Assembly (NCBI GenBank): GCA_045595885.1
Contig: JAZOBI010000052.1
Location: forward strand, 67,961-131,960
Direction: 5' to 3'
Length of the DNA stretch: 64,000 nt
DNA from: Faecousia sp.
Lineage (GTDB): Bacteria > Bacillota > Clostridia > Oscillospirales > Oscillospiraceae
The notes under the pieces are model-generated. The model made no database searches. It was not told the DNA's origin and saw nothing but the letters and a program-made list of their open reading frames with translations. Below are positions 9,437-19,388 of the stretch, one piece after another. Both the position numbers and the translations under genes were made by a program. Positions within the stretch are counted from its first letter, which is position 1; every line of letters begins with the position of its first letter.

Positions 9437-10219
9437 ATGGAAATGAATATTCTATTGATCGTTCTAATGCCATTTATCGGTACCACATTGGGCGCTGGGG
9501 CAGTCTTTTTCATGAAGGGCAGGATGAACCGCACATTACAGAGAATTCTCACCGGATTTGCAGCGGGCGTTATGGTGGCGGCCTCCATATGGAGCCTGAT
9601 CATTCCTGCTATGGAACAATCCGAGAATATGGGCAAATGGGCTTTTTTACCGGCATTGATCGGTGTATGGGCAGGATTCGGATTTCTGCTTCTATTGGAT
9701 CATCTGATTCCGCATTTGCATTTGAACAGTCCCACACCGGAGGGCTCCCCTTCCCGTTTGGGTAAATCCACCATGATGGTCTTGGCGGTTGCTCTGCACA
9801 ATCTGCCGGAAGGTATGGCAGTGGGTGTAGTCGCCGCAGGTTGGCTGACCGGAAACGAAGGCATTTCCGCCGCCGCCGCGTTGGCATTGGCGTTGGGAAT
9901 CGCGCTGCAAAACCTGCCGGAAGGCGCCATCATTTCCATGCCGCTGAAAAGCAACGGCATGAACCGGGGCCGTGCGTTCGGTTATGGTGTACTTTCCGGT
10001 ATCATCGAACCCATCGGGGCAATCATCACCATTTTACTTGCCGACCAAATCGGTCCTGCCCTGCCCTATATGCTCAGCTTCGCGGCAGGAGCAATGCTTT
10101 ATGTTGTTGTGGAAGAACTGATTCCGGAAATGTCGGAAGGCGAACATTCCAATATCGGCACAGTGTATTTCGCTGTTGGTTTCACATTGATGATGGTTTT
10201 GGATGTAGCGCTTGGATAA
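9437..10219 (+). CDS. ZIP-family metal transporter (ZupT/GufA-like)
   Basis: LHNLPEGMAVG and LQNLPEG motifs, His-containing loop, multiple TMs. Confidence 0.93.
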   Translation: MEMNILLIVLMPFIGTTLGAGAVFFMKGRMNRTLQRILTGFAAGVMVAASIWSLIIPAMEQSENMGKWAFLPALIGVWAGFGFLLLLDHLIPHLHLNSPTPEGSPSRLGKSTMMVLAVALHNLPEGMAVGVVAAGWLTGNEGISAAAALALALGIALQNLPEGAIISMPLKSNGMNRGRAFGYGVLSGIIEPIGAIITILLADQIGPALPYMLSFAAGAMLYVVVEELIPEMSEGEHSNIGTVYFAVGFTLMMVLDVALG

Positions 10220-10225
10220 TGCCAT

Positions 10226-10254
10226 TTGACACGCTTCCTCTTTCCGTGTATAAT
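10226..10254 (+). promoter_or_regulatory. Consensus sigma-A promoter of the marR-AKR-MFS operon
   Basis: TTGACA-17 bp-TATAAT. Confidence 0.8.
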
Positions 10255-10286
10255 GATTTCAGGATAGAAAAAGGAGGGATGTAACT

Positions 10287-10739
10287 GTGATCGAACGGTT
10301 TGAGAGGTTTTCTTATGCCATCTCCGAGATATCCCGCCATTGGCACAAGCTGACATCGGAAGAGATGGCAAAGTATAATCTCAAAGGTACCCACTCCATA
10401 TATTTGGTGACACTTGCCAACCATCCCGATGGTTTGACAGCCCCGGAGCTTTGTAAGCTTTGCGACCGGGATAAGGCGGATGTTTCCAGAATGATGTGCA
10501 TCATGGAAGAAATGGGTCTTGTTTACAAGCAGTATGCCGGTAATGCCCGGTACCGTGGTGTGTTTCAACTGACGGAGACCGGACAGGAAGCGGCTGACCA
10601 TGTCCGGCGCAGAGCCGCCATGGCAGTGGATTTTGCCGGTAAGGATTTATCCGATGAGGAACGGGATACTTTTTACGCGGCTCTGGAATCCATTGTCAAA
10701 AATCTGCGTCAACTCAGCAAAAACGGAATCCCTGAATAA
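10287..10739 (+). CDS. MarR-family regulator
   Basis: wHTH LTAPELCKLCDRDKADVSR...LTETG. Confidence 0.88.
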   Translation: MIERFERFSYAISEISRHWHKLTSEEMAKYNLKGTHSIYLVTLANHPDGLTAPELCKLCDRDKADVSRMMCIMEEMGLVYKQYAGNARYRGVFQLTETGQEAADHVRRRAAMAVDFAGKDLSDEERDTFYAALESIVKNLRQLSKNGIPE

Positions 10740-10757
10740 ATGCAAAGGAGAATCATT

Positions 10758-11870
10758 ATGCAAAATCAGTACTTTCCGGAAATTAAGAACCGCTTTGGTT
10801 TCGGCTTCATGCGTCTTCCCAGATTGGATGGCGAACTTGACCTGACGCATACCACAAAAATGGTGGACGCCTTTATCGCGGCTGGTTTTAATTATTTCGA
10901 CACCGCCCACGGCTATTTGGAAGAACAAAGTGAAGTGATGCTTCGCAAGTCACTTACTTCCAGATACCCCAGAGACGCTTATGTTCTTGCCAATAAGCTT
11001 TCTCCCAACTATTTTGAGAAGGAGGAAGATATTCGACCCATGTTCCAACTCCAGTTGGATGCCTGTGGCGTGGACTACTTTGATTTCTACTTAATGCACT
11101 GCCAGAATAAGGAGCTTTTCGAAAAATACAAGGCTTGCCGGGCTTATGAAATTGCCCTTGAGCTGAAGGCAGAAGGAAAAATCCGTCATCTGGGCTTCTC
11201 TTTCCATGACACCGCAGATGTGCTGGATCAAATTCTGACCGAGTATCCGCAAGTTGAGTTTGTCCAGATACAGTTCAATTATCTGGACATGGAAAACGAA
11301 AGAATTCAATCCAGAAAATGTTACGAAACCTGCCGTAAACACGGAAAGCCCGTGATTGTAATGGAGCCCGTCCGTGGCGGTCAGCTTGTGAATATGCCTT
11401 CCGCCGCTGTGGATATTCTGCCAACATTGGGCGGCGGTTCCAACGCCAGCTACGCGCTGCGGTTTGCCGCCGGCTTTGATGGCATCTGCATGGTGCTTTC
11501 CGGCATGAGCAGCCTGGAAATGGTGGAAGAAAATGTGTCCTTCATGGCCAATCCCCAGCCTTTGAACGAATCCGAGATGGCAGCTGTCAATCAGGTGGCA
11601 GAAGTGATCAATGCTTTGGATCTGATCCGCTGCACTTCCTGCAAATACTGCGTGGACGGCTGTCCCGGCAAGATCAATATCCCAGCCCTCTTTAACTGCC
11701 GCAACAATAAACTGCGCTACAGCAATAACGATTCCGAAGCCAAATATGCTGCATTTGAAGCCAAGGCCAGTGATTGCGTGGAATGCGGTCAATGTGAGGA
11801 TGTGTGTCCCCAGCAGCTTCCCATCCGTCAGCTTCTGAAGAAAGTTGCCCAGGAGTTTGAGAAACAATGA
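10758..11870 (+). CDS. Aldo/keto reductase with C-terminal 4Fe-4S domain
   Basis: FGFGFMRLP, YFDTAHGY, CTSCKYC..CP and CVECGQCEDVCP; AAAGGAG RBS. Confidence 0.93.
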   Translation: MQNQYFPEIKNRFGFGFMRLPRLDGELDLTHTTKMVDAFIAAGFNYFDTAHGYLEEQSEVMLRKSLTSRYPRDAYVLANKLSPNYFEKEEDIRPMFQLQLDACGVDYFDFYLMHCQNKELFEKYKACRAYEIALELKAEGKIRHLGFSFHDTADVLDQILTEYPQVEFVQIQFNYLDMENERIQSRKCYETCRKHGKPVIVMEPVRGGQLVNMPSAAVDILPTLGGGSNASYALRFAAGFDGICMVLSGMSSLEMVEENVSFMANPQPLNESEMAAVNQVAEVINALDLIRCTSCKYCVDGCPGKINIPALFNCRNNKLRYSNNDSEAKYAAFEAKASDCVECGQCEDVCPQQLPIRQLLKKVAQEFEKQ

Positions 11871-13018
11871 TACATTTGCTGCTTGCGGTTATCTATCTGG
11901 CCTTTATCAGTTTGGGACTTCCGGATAGTCTGCTTGGTTCGGCCTGGCCGCTGATGTATGAGGAAATGGGTGTCAGTGTTTCCTGTGCCGGTATTGTTTC
12001 CATGATCATTTCCTGCGGAACCGTCGTTTCCAGCCTTTTGAGTGATCGGATCGCAAGAAAAATCAGCACCGGATGGATCACCGCCATCTGCGTGGCACTG
12101 ACCGCAGGCAGTCTTCTTGGTTTTTCTATCAGTACACGGTTCTGGATGCTTTGCTTATTCGCGATCCCCTACGGTTTTGGTGCCGGCAGCATTGACGCCG
12201 CGCTGAATAACTATGTAGCGGTGCATTATGCAAGCAGACACATGAGCTGGCTGCATTGTATGTGGGGCGTAGGCGCCACTACAGGCCCTTACATCATGAG
12301 TTTCTGTTTAGGCGCCGGCATGAATTGGCCTTCGGGCTACCGCGCGGTAGGTACCATACAACTGGTGTTGGCTGTAGTGATGTTCCTTTCTCTTCCCCTG
12401 TGGTCAAAAACCACCTCTGCCAACGATAACAGGAAAACCGCTGGGATTTCTCTGGGAAATACACTGCAAATTCCCGGTGCTAAAGCTATTTTGGTGGCAT
12501 TTTTCAGCTACTGCGCCATTGAAGCAGTCATATTTCTATGGTCTGCTTCATACATGGTCCTCCACCACGGATTGACAGAGGAGACAGCGGCCTCCTATGT
12601 TGCCCTGTTTTTCCTTGGCATGACCGTCGGAAGAGCGATCAACGGTTTTTTGACCATGCGGTGGTCGGATTCGGTTTTGATCCGTTCCGGTTGTGTGATC
12701 CTGTTCATAGGAATCCTTCTGCTGATGCTCCCGGATATACCATTTATGATCCCCGTGGCATTGACGCTGATCGGACTTGGTTGCGCACCGATTTATCCTT
12801 GCGTTATCCATTCTACCCCTGTCATATTCGGTGAAGATAACAGCCAAGCCATGATTGGTATGCAAATGGCATCCGCGTACCTGGGAACATTGTTGATGCC
12901 GCCGGTGTTTGGCATCCTGGCTAACTACATTCACATTGGCCTGTTTCCCCTTTTTCTTTTGCTTTTGGCGTCTATGACTACAGGATTTTATCTGCTGCTT
13001 CTGCGGCGCACTCCATAA
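11867..13018 (+). CDS. MFS transporter
   Basis: About 12 TMs; LGLPDSLLGSAWP, GAGSIDAALN. Confidence 0.9.
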   Translation: MIHLLLAVIYLAFISLGLPDSLLGSAWPLMYEEMGVSVSCAGIVSMIISCGTVVSSLLSDRIARKISTGWITAICVALTAGSLLGFSISTRFWMLCLFAIPYGFGAGSIDAALNNYVAVHYASRHMSWLHCMWGVGATTGPYIMSFCLGAGMNWPSGYRAVGTIQLVLAVVMFLSLPLWSKTTSANDNRKTAGISLGNTLQIPGAKAILVAFFSYCAIEAVIFLWSASYMVLHHGLTEETAASYVALFFLGMTVGRAINGFLTMRWSDSVLIRSGCVILFIGILLLMLPDIPFMIPVALTLIGLGCAPIYPCVIHSTPVIFGEDNSQAMIGMQMASAYLGTLLMPPVFGILANYIHIGLFPLFLLLLASMTTGFYLLLLRRTP

Positions 13019-13023
13019 TCAAA

Positions 13024-13051
13024 AACCTCCGGCTTGTAGCAGCCGGAGGTT
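13024..13051. terminator. Hairpin between convergent genes
   Basis: AACCTCCGGCT-N6-AGCCGGAGGTT. Confidence 0.7.
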
Positions 13052-13056
13052 CTCCT

Positions 13057-13578
13057 TTATTCAATCAGATAAGCATTTACGATCTCAGCGAAATAGGCAA
13101 AGTGAAAATCCTGGTTGCCGGCAGAATCCTTGGGATAATAGCGATTCTGAATCTCCTGGGGTATGGCGGCAACGGGCTGCGCAACTCGATACAGAATCTT
13201 ACACTCTAATGTCAGCGGCAACTCGCGGATTCCCGGAGCCGATATTAATTCACTGTCTTCCAGATGAAGATTCAGAGCCTGCGCCTTGTCCATATCACGA
13301 CCGGATTTGGTTCCGCACACAGAAAGGATATGACTTTCCACATGGTCCAAGGGCACATTGACAGTAAACTCGCCGCTTTCATCCAACATCTGCCGTGTAA
13401 AACGGCTTTCCCTTACATAGGCCACAAAGATTGGTTTTCCCCATTCCACACCCATGGTTCCCCAGCCAATGGTCATGGGATTAATCTTATTCCCAACTTT
13501 TGCGGTAATCAATATGCCTGGCTTAAAGGATTTACAAATGTGTCCGGCATAATCAAATGGATCGATTCTTCTTTTCAT
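13057..13578 (-). CDS. Flavin reductase-like (flavoredoxin) protein
   Basis: NPMTIGWG, CGTKSGRDMDK, LTLECK. Confidence 0.88.
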   Translation of the reverse strand: MKRRIDPFDYAGHICKSFKPGILITAKVGNKINPMTIGWGTMGVEWGKPIFVAYVRESRFTRQMLDESGEFTVNVPLDHVESHILSVCGTKSGRDMDKAQALNLHLEDSELISAPGIRELPLTLECKILYRVAQPVAAIPQEIQNRYYPKDSAGNQDFHFAYFAEIVNAYLIE

Positions 13579-13687
13579 AGCTATCCTCCTCGTTTTTTAA
13601 TAAAATAGCATAAACTTTCGGTTTTTGCAAGCCCGGGTTGCATAATCTCCGGGTTTGTGATATGATCAAGAAAAAGGAGGTTTCCAT

Positions 13688-14110
13688 ATGAACCGTGAAA
13701 ACAAGCGTCAGTCCTTCGAAAAAGGCTACTATAAGACCCATGCCTGTAACGAAAGTTTTGAATGTAAATTTTGTGGCAGATTGGTAGTGCCGGAAGGCGC
13801 GTCCAGCGAGCATCGCAATCACTGTCCTTACTGCCTGAGCAGTTTGCACGTAGACATTGAACCAGGCGACCGGGAATCCGATTGCGGCGGTATCATGGAA
13901 CCCATTGCTGTATGGGTACGCAATAAAGGTGAGTGGGCAATTATTCATCGGTGCAAGCGCTGCGGCGACTTGAGTTCCAACCGGGTTGCGGCGGATGATA
14001 ATCCCATGAAGCTAATGAATATCGCCATGAAACCCATTGCAAATCCCCCCTTCCCCATTGAGCGAATGGAAGAATTGACCGATCTGCTTGACAGTCATAC
14101 AAAAGTGTAA
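13688..14110 (+). CDS. RNHCP domain protein (putative zinc-binding)
   Basis: CKFCG, HRNHCPYCLSSLHVD, HRCKRCG; AAAGGAGG RBS. Confidence 0.9.
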   Translation: MNRENKRQSFEKGYYKTHACNESFECKFCGRLVVPEGASSEHRNHCPYCLSSLHVDIEPGDRESDCGGIMEPIAVWVRNKGEWAIIHRCKRCGDLSSNRVAADDNPMKLMNIAMKPIANPPFPIERMEELTDLLDSHTKV

Positions 14111-14146
14111 AAAATACGGCGTATCCCATTGGATACGCCGTATTTT
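14111..14146. terminator. Bidirectional intrinsic terminator
   Basis: AAAATACGGCGTATCC-CATT-GGATACGCCGTATTTT. Confidence 0.75.
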
Positions 14147-15009
14147 TAATTATTTCTGGATGTGAGCTGTAGGGCAAGCTTACTGATAAAAGCGTTGTCC
14201 GGGAATACAGACACCGCTTCCAAAGCGATAGCCGTATACTCTCTGACCAATTCTTCGCAACGGGTAAGGCCATAGAGCCGAACGAATGTATTTTTACCCG
14301 CATCTGTTCCCACGGTTTTGCCCATTTCTTCCTGCGTGCCAATTACATCCAACATATCATCCCGAATCTGGAACGCAAGACCCAGCGCCGAGGCAAATCG
14401 GCAGGCAGCATCATACTGTTCTTCCGTAGCACCTCCGGCAACGGCACCCAAGGCACAGGCAGCACGAATCAGCGCACCGGTCTTGCGGCTCTGAATAGCG
14501 AGAATCTCTTCTTCGGTACACAGCCGCTCCTCGCTGAGGATATCCAGTACCTGGCCGCCAACCATTCCCAGGCTGCCGGCACATTCTGAAAGAATACCAA
14601 CAGCATCCCGGAAAGCGGAACCCTCCAACTGGGCGGTAGACAGAACCGTAAAGGCGTCTGTCAAAAGCGCGTCACCAGCCAGAACGGCCAGAGCTTGCCC
14701 ATAGATTTTATGATTGGTGGGTCTTCCTCGGCGGAAATCATCATCATCCATACAGGGCAGATCATCATGGATGAGGCTGTAGGTATGGATCATTTCCACT
14801 GCCGCTGCCAAAGGAGCGGCTTTCTTCCATTCACCGCAGCACAATCTGCAAAATTCAAAGGCCAGTACAGGACGCAAACGTTTCCCACCGGCAAGCAAAC
14901 TATACCGCATGGCATCAAACAGCCGGGCTTGAGGTTCATCGGCAAATTGACTATACCATTCCTGCAGATACGCTTCTACAAAGGATTTATATTCATCCAT
15001 TCTGTTCAT
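14146..15009 (-). CDS. ispA: Farnesyl/geranyl diphosphate synthase
   Basis: GGKRLRP, HDDLPCMDDDDFRRG, FQIRDD. Confidence 0.95.
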   Translation of the reverse strand: MNRMDEYKSFVEAYLQEWYSQFADEPQARLFDAMRYSLLAGGKRLRPVLAFEFCRLCCGEWKKAAPLAAAVEMIHTYSLIHDDLPCMDDDDFRRGRPTNHKIYGQALAVLAGDALLTDAFTVLSTAQLEGSAFRDAVGILSECAGSLGMVGGQVLDILSEERLCTEEEILAIQSRKTGALIRAACALGAVAGGATEEQYDAACRFASALGLAFQIRDDMLDVIGTQEEMGKTVGTDAGKNTFVRLYGLTRCEELVREYTAIALEAVSVFPDNAFISKLALQLTSRNN

Positions 15010-15232
15010 CAATAAAGGCCTCCAAAACCGGACTGCCGTCAGGGGCAGTCATGACTTTATTCACCTGCAGCTGGGCTTCATCCAGCATTCTTCCGCAATC
15101 ACGAACCAGATCTGTGCCCTCCCGGAACAGCATCAGGCTTTCTTCCAGCGGCACATCGCCTCGCTCCATGGCGCGGACGATCTGCTCCAACCGCTGCAAG
15201 TTTTCTTCAAATGTCTTGTTTTCCTTATTCAT
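14993..15232 (-). CDS. xseB: Exodeoxyribonuclease VII small subunit
   Basis: FEENLQRLEQIV...LEESL; between xseA and ispA. Confidence 0.95.
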   Translation of the reverse strand: MNKENKTFEENLQRLEQIVRAMERGDVPLEESLMLFREGTDLVRDCGRMLDEAQLQVNKVMTAPDGSPVLEAFIDEQNG

Positions 15233-16440
15233 AGCGAATGCTCCTTCCTGTTGACAACAGTGGCGGTAACGGTGCCATCCGAAAGGCGAATGTGGATGTC
15301 CTCTCCATTATTTACAGCCTGTACAGTACGGATCACTTCCCCGTTTTCCTTCAATGCCATGGCATAACCACGGGTTAATACCTTTAAGGGGCTCATGGCA
15401 TCCAACTTGGCTGTCACAGCGATATATCGCTGGGTTTTTCTGGAAATTTGCTGATTTTGTGCGGAAACCAGGCGGTTATTCAGCAGTTCAAGGGCCTTGT
15501 GCCGATGCTGTAAATATCCCACAGGACTTTTCAACGACTGACTTTCCGACAAAATATGCAGATGTTTACGGGCATTTTGAATCCGGCGATTCATAATGGC
15601 TGCCATATGCGCGGATAGGGAGTCCAGAGTTTGGCGCAACACGTCCTGATCCGGAACAGCCAGTTCCGCTGCGTTGGAAGGCGTCGCAGCCCGCAGATCC
15701 GCAACAAAATCAGAAATGGTAACATCCGGCTCATGACCCACGGCTGAAATTACGGGAATCCGGGAATCATAGATTGCCCGGGCAACCATTTCATCATTAA
15801 ACGCCCAAAGATCCTCGATACTGCCGCCACCGCGACCGACGATCAGAAGATCCGCCATGCGATGGAAATTTGCGTACCGAATAGCGGCAGCGATCTCACC
15901 GGGTGCTTCCACACCCTGAACCCGTACCGGAAATAATAGCACCCGAACCAACGGATACCGTTTTCGGAGGATCCGAAGCATATCATGCACAGCGGCGCCG
16001 GCAGAGCTGGTAATGATCCCGATGGTATGGGGATATTGAGGCAGCGGCTTTTTATGGGCCGGGTCAAACAGGCCCTGAGCCTGCAGTTTCCCTTTCAGTT
16101 GCTCGAAAGCTGCGTAAAGATCGCCAACACCATCCAAAACCAATCCGGAACAATATAGTTGATAGGCGCCGTCTCTGGGAAAAACGGAAATTTTACCCAT
16201 GGCGATTACCTTCATTCCGTTTTCCGGACGGAATTTCATACGCATGGCATTTCCCTTGAACATGACACAGCGCAGCGCGCCACCCTCATCCTTCAGGGTA
16301 AAATAATGGTGCCCGGAAGGATACAACTTATAATTACTGATTTCGCCTTTGATGGCAAGATTATTCAGCAATCGATCCTGATCCATCATGGCGCGGATAT
16401 ACTCATTGATTTGCGTGACAGATATCACTTGCTGGGCCAT
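15229..16440 (-). CDS. xseA: Exodeoxyribonuclease VII large subunit
   Basis: GEISN, SGHHYFTLKD, RGGGSIEDL, SAVGHEPD; start ATG 16440. Confidence 0.96.
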   Translation of the reverse strand: MAQQVISVTQINEYIRAMMDQDRLLNNLAIKGEISNYKLYPSGHHYFTLKDEGGALRCVMFKGNAMRMKFRPENGMKVIAMGKISVFPRDGAYQLYCSGLVLDGVGDLYAAFEQLKGKLQAQGLFDPAHKKPLPQYPHTIGIITSSAGAAVHDMLRILRKRYPLVRVLLFPVRVQGVEAPGEIAAAIRYANFHRMADLLIVGRGGGSIEDLWAFNDEMVARAIYDSRIPVISAVGHEPDVTISDFVADLRAATPSNAAELAVPDQDVLRQTLDSLSAHMAAIMNRRIQNARKHLHILSESQSLKSPVGYLQHRHKALELLNNRLVSAQNQQISRKTQRYIAVTAKLDAMSPLKVLTRGYAMALKENGEVIRTVQAVNNGEDIHIRLSDGTVTATVVNRKEHSL

Positions 16441-16441
16441 A

Positions 16442-17350
16442 TCAACCCTCCCGTAATCTGTGAGCAAGCACCGCGACACCCATAGCATTGTCCGTGGAGA
16501 ACGCCGGGGCAGAAAACACCGCATCAGACATCACACTGCGGAGCATGGAATTACTGGCAACACCGCCGGAAAATACTACTTCCAATCCGGGATACTGCTT
16601 TTGGGCATTCTCCGTGGCGGCTTTCACCCCATGGCAGACACATCGTAACGCATAAGCGGCGATTTCCGCCGGAGAATTGGTTTCCGCAAATTTTTCAACC
16701 TTATTCTGCACGCCGGACAGAGAAAATTCCATCGCGGGACATTTTACCATAAAAAGTTCGCTTTTTTCAGCGGTTTGCGCAAGTAGGTCCAAATGCTTAC
16801 CCGCCGGAAAAGGCAAATTCAGCATAACACCGGTTCGGTCAATGAGCTGGCCGGCGGAGATGTCCGTAGTGCCGCCGATCCGGGTACATTTCACATTTTT
16901 CCCATTGGGTTCCACAAGCAACAGCTCCGTAGTGCCGCCGGAAAGATGCCATGCCAAATGGGGCTGATCCATCAGATCCAGACGACCGGCGCTCCAAAGC
17001 GACGCGGCCACATGGCCCTGCTGATGAGATACTTCTACCAAAGGTACTTGCAACACATCGGAAAGCAGCTTCGCGTGGGAGTACCCTACCATAAAGCAGG
17101 GCATATAGCTGCCTTCCACAGCTCTGGGTCGGGTAGAAACACCAATAGCAGCAATTTCCCACCTATGGGAAAAGAGCCTGCCGGAAAGCTCCGGCAGGCT
17201 TTTGGTATGTGAAAAAACGGCATCGCTTTGTCTAAGACCCAATTCACCCGGCTTAACGGGGAGCAATTGGGAGCAATTGTGACCTTCTGTGCCATCAAAC
17301 CAGGCCACAGAGGTGGTATAATTGCTGGTATCGAAGCCGATCACTTTCAT
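16442..17350 (-). CDS. TsaD/Kae1-like ASKHA protein (clostridial paralog)
   Basis: DTSNYTTS, HQQGH, LSGGTT, SGGVASN, STDNA. Confidence 0.85.
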   Translation of the reverse strand: MKVIGFDTSNYTTSVAWFDGTEGHNCSQLLPVKPGELGLRQSDAVFSHTKSLPELSGRLFSHRWEIAAIGVSTRPRAVEGSYMPCFMVGYSHAKLLSDVLQVPLVEVSHQQGHVAASLWSAGRLDLMDQPHLAWHLSGGTTELLLVEPNGKNVKCTRIGGTTDISAGQLIDRTGVMLNLPFPAGKHLDLLAQTAEKSELFMVKCPAMEFSLSGVQNKVEKFAETNSPAEIAAYALRCVCHGVKAATENAQKQYPGLEVVFSGGVASNSMLRSVMSDAVFSAPAFSTDNAMGVAVLAHRLREG

Positions 17351-17811
17351 CAGACTTCCTCCACTTTGTTTTCCAGAGCTCTGGCAAAGGAGCCAAGAAT
17401 ACCATTGACGAACGAACCGGTATCGTCGCCGTCATATTTTTTTGCCAAACGGACAGCCTCGGAAACGGCAACACCGGTAGGAACATCCTCTACATAGAGA
17501 ATTTCAAAAATGGCCAGCTGCATAATGGCTCTGGCAAGCCGGGAAATACGGCTCACATCCCAACCGATGGAATAGCGGCTGATTTCCTCGTTCAGTTCTT
17601 CCGCCCGATTGGCTACACCGGAAACAACCAAATCAATATAGCCAAGCTGGGCACGGCTGGGACGTTCGGAATAAATCTCATTTTCCTGTGAAAGAACGGC
17701 ATAATAGTCTTTTTCCAGACGAAGGGAAATGGTCTGGGCAGGCTCTTCACCGGTAAACTCCCGGCCATAAATCAAATGTACTGCCAGTTCTCTGGCATTT
17801 GCTCTTGTCAT
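17350..17811 (-). CDS. nusB: Transcription antitermination factor NusB
   Basis: RANARE, VAVSEAVRLAKKY, FVNGILG. Confidence 0.93.
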   Translation of the reverse strand: MTRANARELAVHLIYGREFTGEEPAQTISLRLEKDYYAVLSQENEIYSERPSRAQLGYIDLVVSGVANRAEELNEEISRYSIGWDVSRISRLARAIMQLAIFEILYVEDVPTGVAVSEAVRLAKKYDGDDTGSFVNGILGSFARALENKVEEV

Positions 17812-17822
17812 ACAATTCACCA

Positions 17823-18191
17823 TTATTTACGGGCAACGCCGAAGACGTTGACATTCACACGCTTGGGACGGATGCCGGTAATGGATGCGACAGTGTCGGT
17901 AACCGTGTTCTGGATATTCTCAGAAACGGTGACCAAATTGCTGCCATAGGCGACAAGGGCATTGATTTCCAGCAAAATGTTGCCCTTTTCCGTAATGGAA
18001 ACCTTAATAGCCTTATTCCAATACTTGGGATTCAGGGGTTTGGTAAAGTCCACGCTGGTTTTAGCGGTGAGGCCGGCAAAGCCTTCCACATCAGAAAGGG
18101 AATACAAAACGATGGTGCCAATCACATCTTCTGAAATATAAATCTGCCCATTTTCATTGTTCTGGCAGATGTACTGCTTCTTATCAGACAT
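17823..18191 (-). CDS. Asp23/Gls24 family protein (YqhY-like)
   Basis: GQIYISEDVI, VAYG...IQ, VNVNV; position upstream of nusB. Confidence 0.85.
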   Translation of the reverse strand: MSDKKQYICQNNENGQIYISEDVIGTIVLYSLSDVEGFAGLTAKTSVDFTKPLNPKYWNKAIKVSITEKGNILLEINALVAYGSNLVTVSENIQNTVTDTVASITGIRPKRVNVNVFGVARK

Positions 18192-18274
18192 GGGAAACCC
18201 TCCTAATACATAGTTTTGATTATTATACCACCATCGGCATCAAATTACAACTCTTTTTTTCGAACAACAAGAAA

Positions 18275-18299
18275 TGAGCCTCCAAGGTTCGGAGGCTCA
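18275..18299. terminator. Hairpin after the spoIIIA operon
   Basis: TGAGCCTCC-N7-GGAGGCTCA. Confidence 0.6.
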
Positions 18300-18304
18300 A
18301 AAAT

Positions 18305-18859
18305 TCACATCACTTCCACAAGGGAAATATCCTGCATGGTATAATCCGATTGGGAAATCACAATATCGGCAATGAGCGCCACATCGGAAGCCTGCAGACC
18401 ACCTTCCGGCGAAGCTACCGCTATTGAGATGCCTTCTTCGGTCATGTACGCTACACAATCGGCATAGCCCTTAGCAATAATTAAGCTCTCAATCTGGGCT
18501 TCCGCAAGGGCCATTTGAATGATATCCTCCAGCTTCGCACCCGACTGAGCGGCGTTTTCTTCATCTCCATAGGACATGGCTTCCTGCAAAAGGCTCACTG
18601 CCCGATCCCGCGCTTCCTGCCTGGACAAACGAACGGCCGCAAAATAGTCCGTAACCGTATTATCTACCTGTACATTATCTTCCGTTTCCCCTTCTATGAC
18701 CAGATTATCCGACAATACCTGGTCAGCTTTCAACGTGTCCTCCCACTGCATGGTATCCTGGCCGCCGGAATAGACCCAATTGAGATAGATTCCGGAGCAT
18801 ACCGTGACCAAAATGGCTGCGGCAATCAGGTTTTTCTTCCACTTTCTTGAAATTTTCAT
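18305..18859 (-). CDS. spoIIIAH: Stage III sporulation protein AH
   Basis: N-terminal TM + YLNW, YFAAVRLSR, IESLIIAKGY; last gene of the operon. Confidence 0.88.
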   Translation of the reverse strand: MKISRKWKKNLIAAAILVTVCSGIYLNWVYSGGQDTMQWEDTLKADQVLSDNLVIEGETEDNVQVDNTVTDYFAAVRLSRQEARDRAVSLLQEAMSYGDEENAAQSGAKLEDIIQMALAEAQIESLIIAKGYADCVAYMTEEGISIAVASPEGGLQASDVALIADIVISQSDYTMQDISLVEVM

Positions 18860-18875
18860 GTTCATATCCTCCCCA

Positions 18876-19388
18876 TTATTTCATTTTCAGCACAGAAATT
18901 TTATCAGATGATAACCCTGTAATTTTCGAAACCGCATCAATTACGTCCAGTTTCACGCCGGGCTGATCACCACCTTGACAAACAATGATCGCACCGAGGT
19001 AGATAGGCGCTTTCATATAGCTGACCAGTGGCAGCTCCTGCCGGTCAACTCCGGAAATAATCACCGTTTCTCTGCGTATGACAGACCCGGTTTCATTGGT
19101 GGAAATATCCTGATTTTCCTGATAGACGGTTTCCTCTCCAACAGAAACCGTCAGCATGACCTTTACCTTGCCAACACCATGAATTTGGGATAAAAACGCC
19201 TCAAGATCTTCGGTGATATCCCATATGTCCACAGATTCCTGGCTTGTGGAAACGGATTGTTCAGCCTCTTCTTTCGAATTACCGGAAGGAAGCAGCATGA
19301 ATACCAGTCCCACAACCAAAACAAGAATCACATAACGATTCTTTTTCAAAAAAGTCCTTATTTTATCACCTGTCAATTTCAACTCCAA
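18876..19388 (-). CDS. spoIIIAG: Stage III sporulation protein AG
   Basis: LSQIHGVGKVKVMLT, GAIIVCQGGD, KISVLKMK. Confidence 0.9.
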   Translation of the reverse strand: MELKLTGDKIRTFLKKNRYVILVLVVGLVFMLLPSGNSKEEAEQSVSTSQESVDIWDITEDLEAFLSQIHGVGKVKVMLTVSVGEETVYQENQDISTNETGSVIRRETVIISGVDRQELPLVSYMKAPIYLGAIIVCQGGDQPGVKLDVIDAVSKITGLSSDKISVLKMK

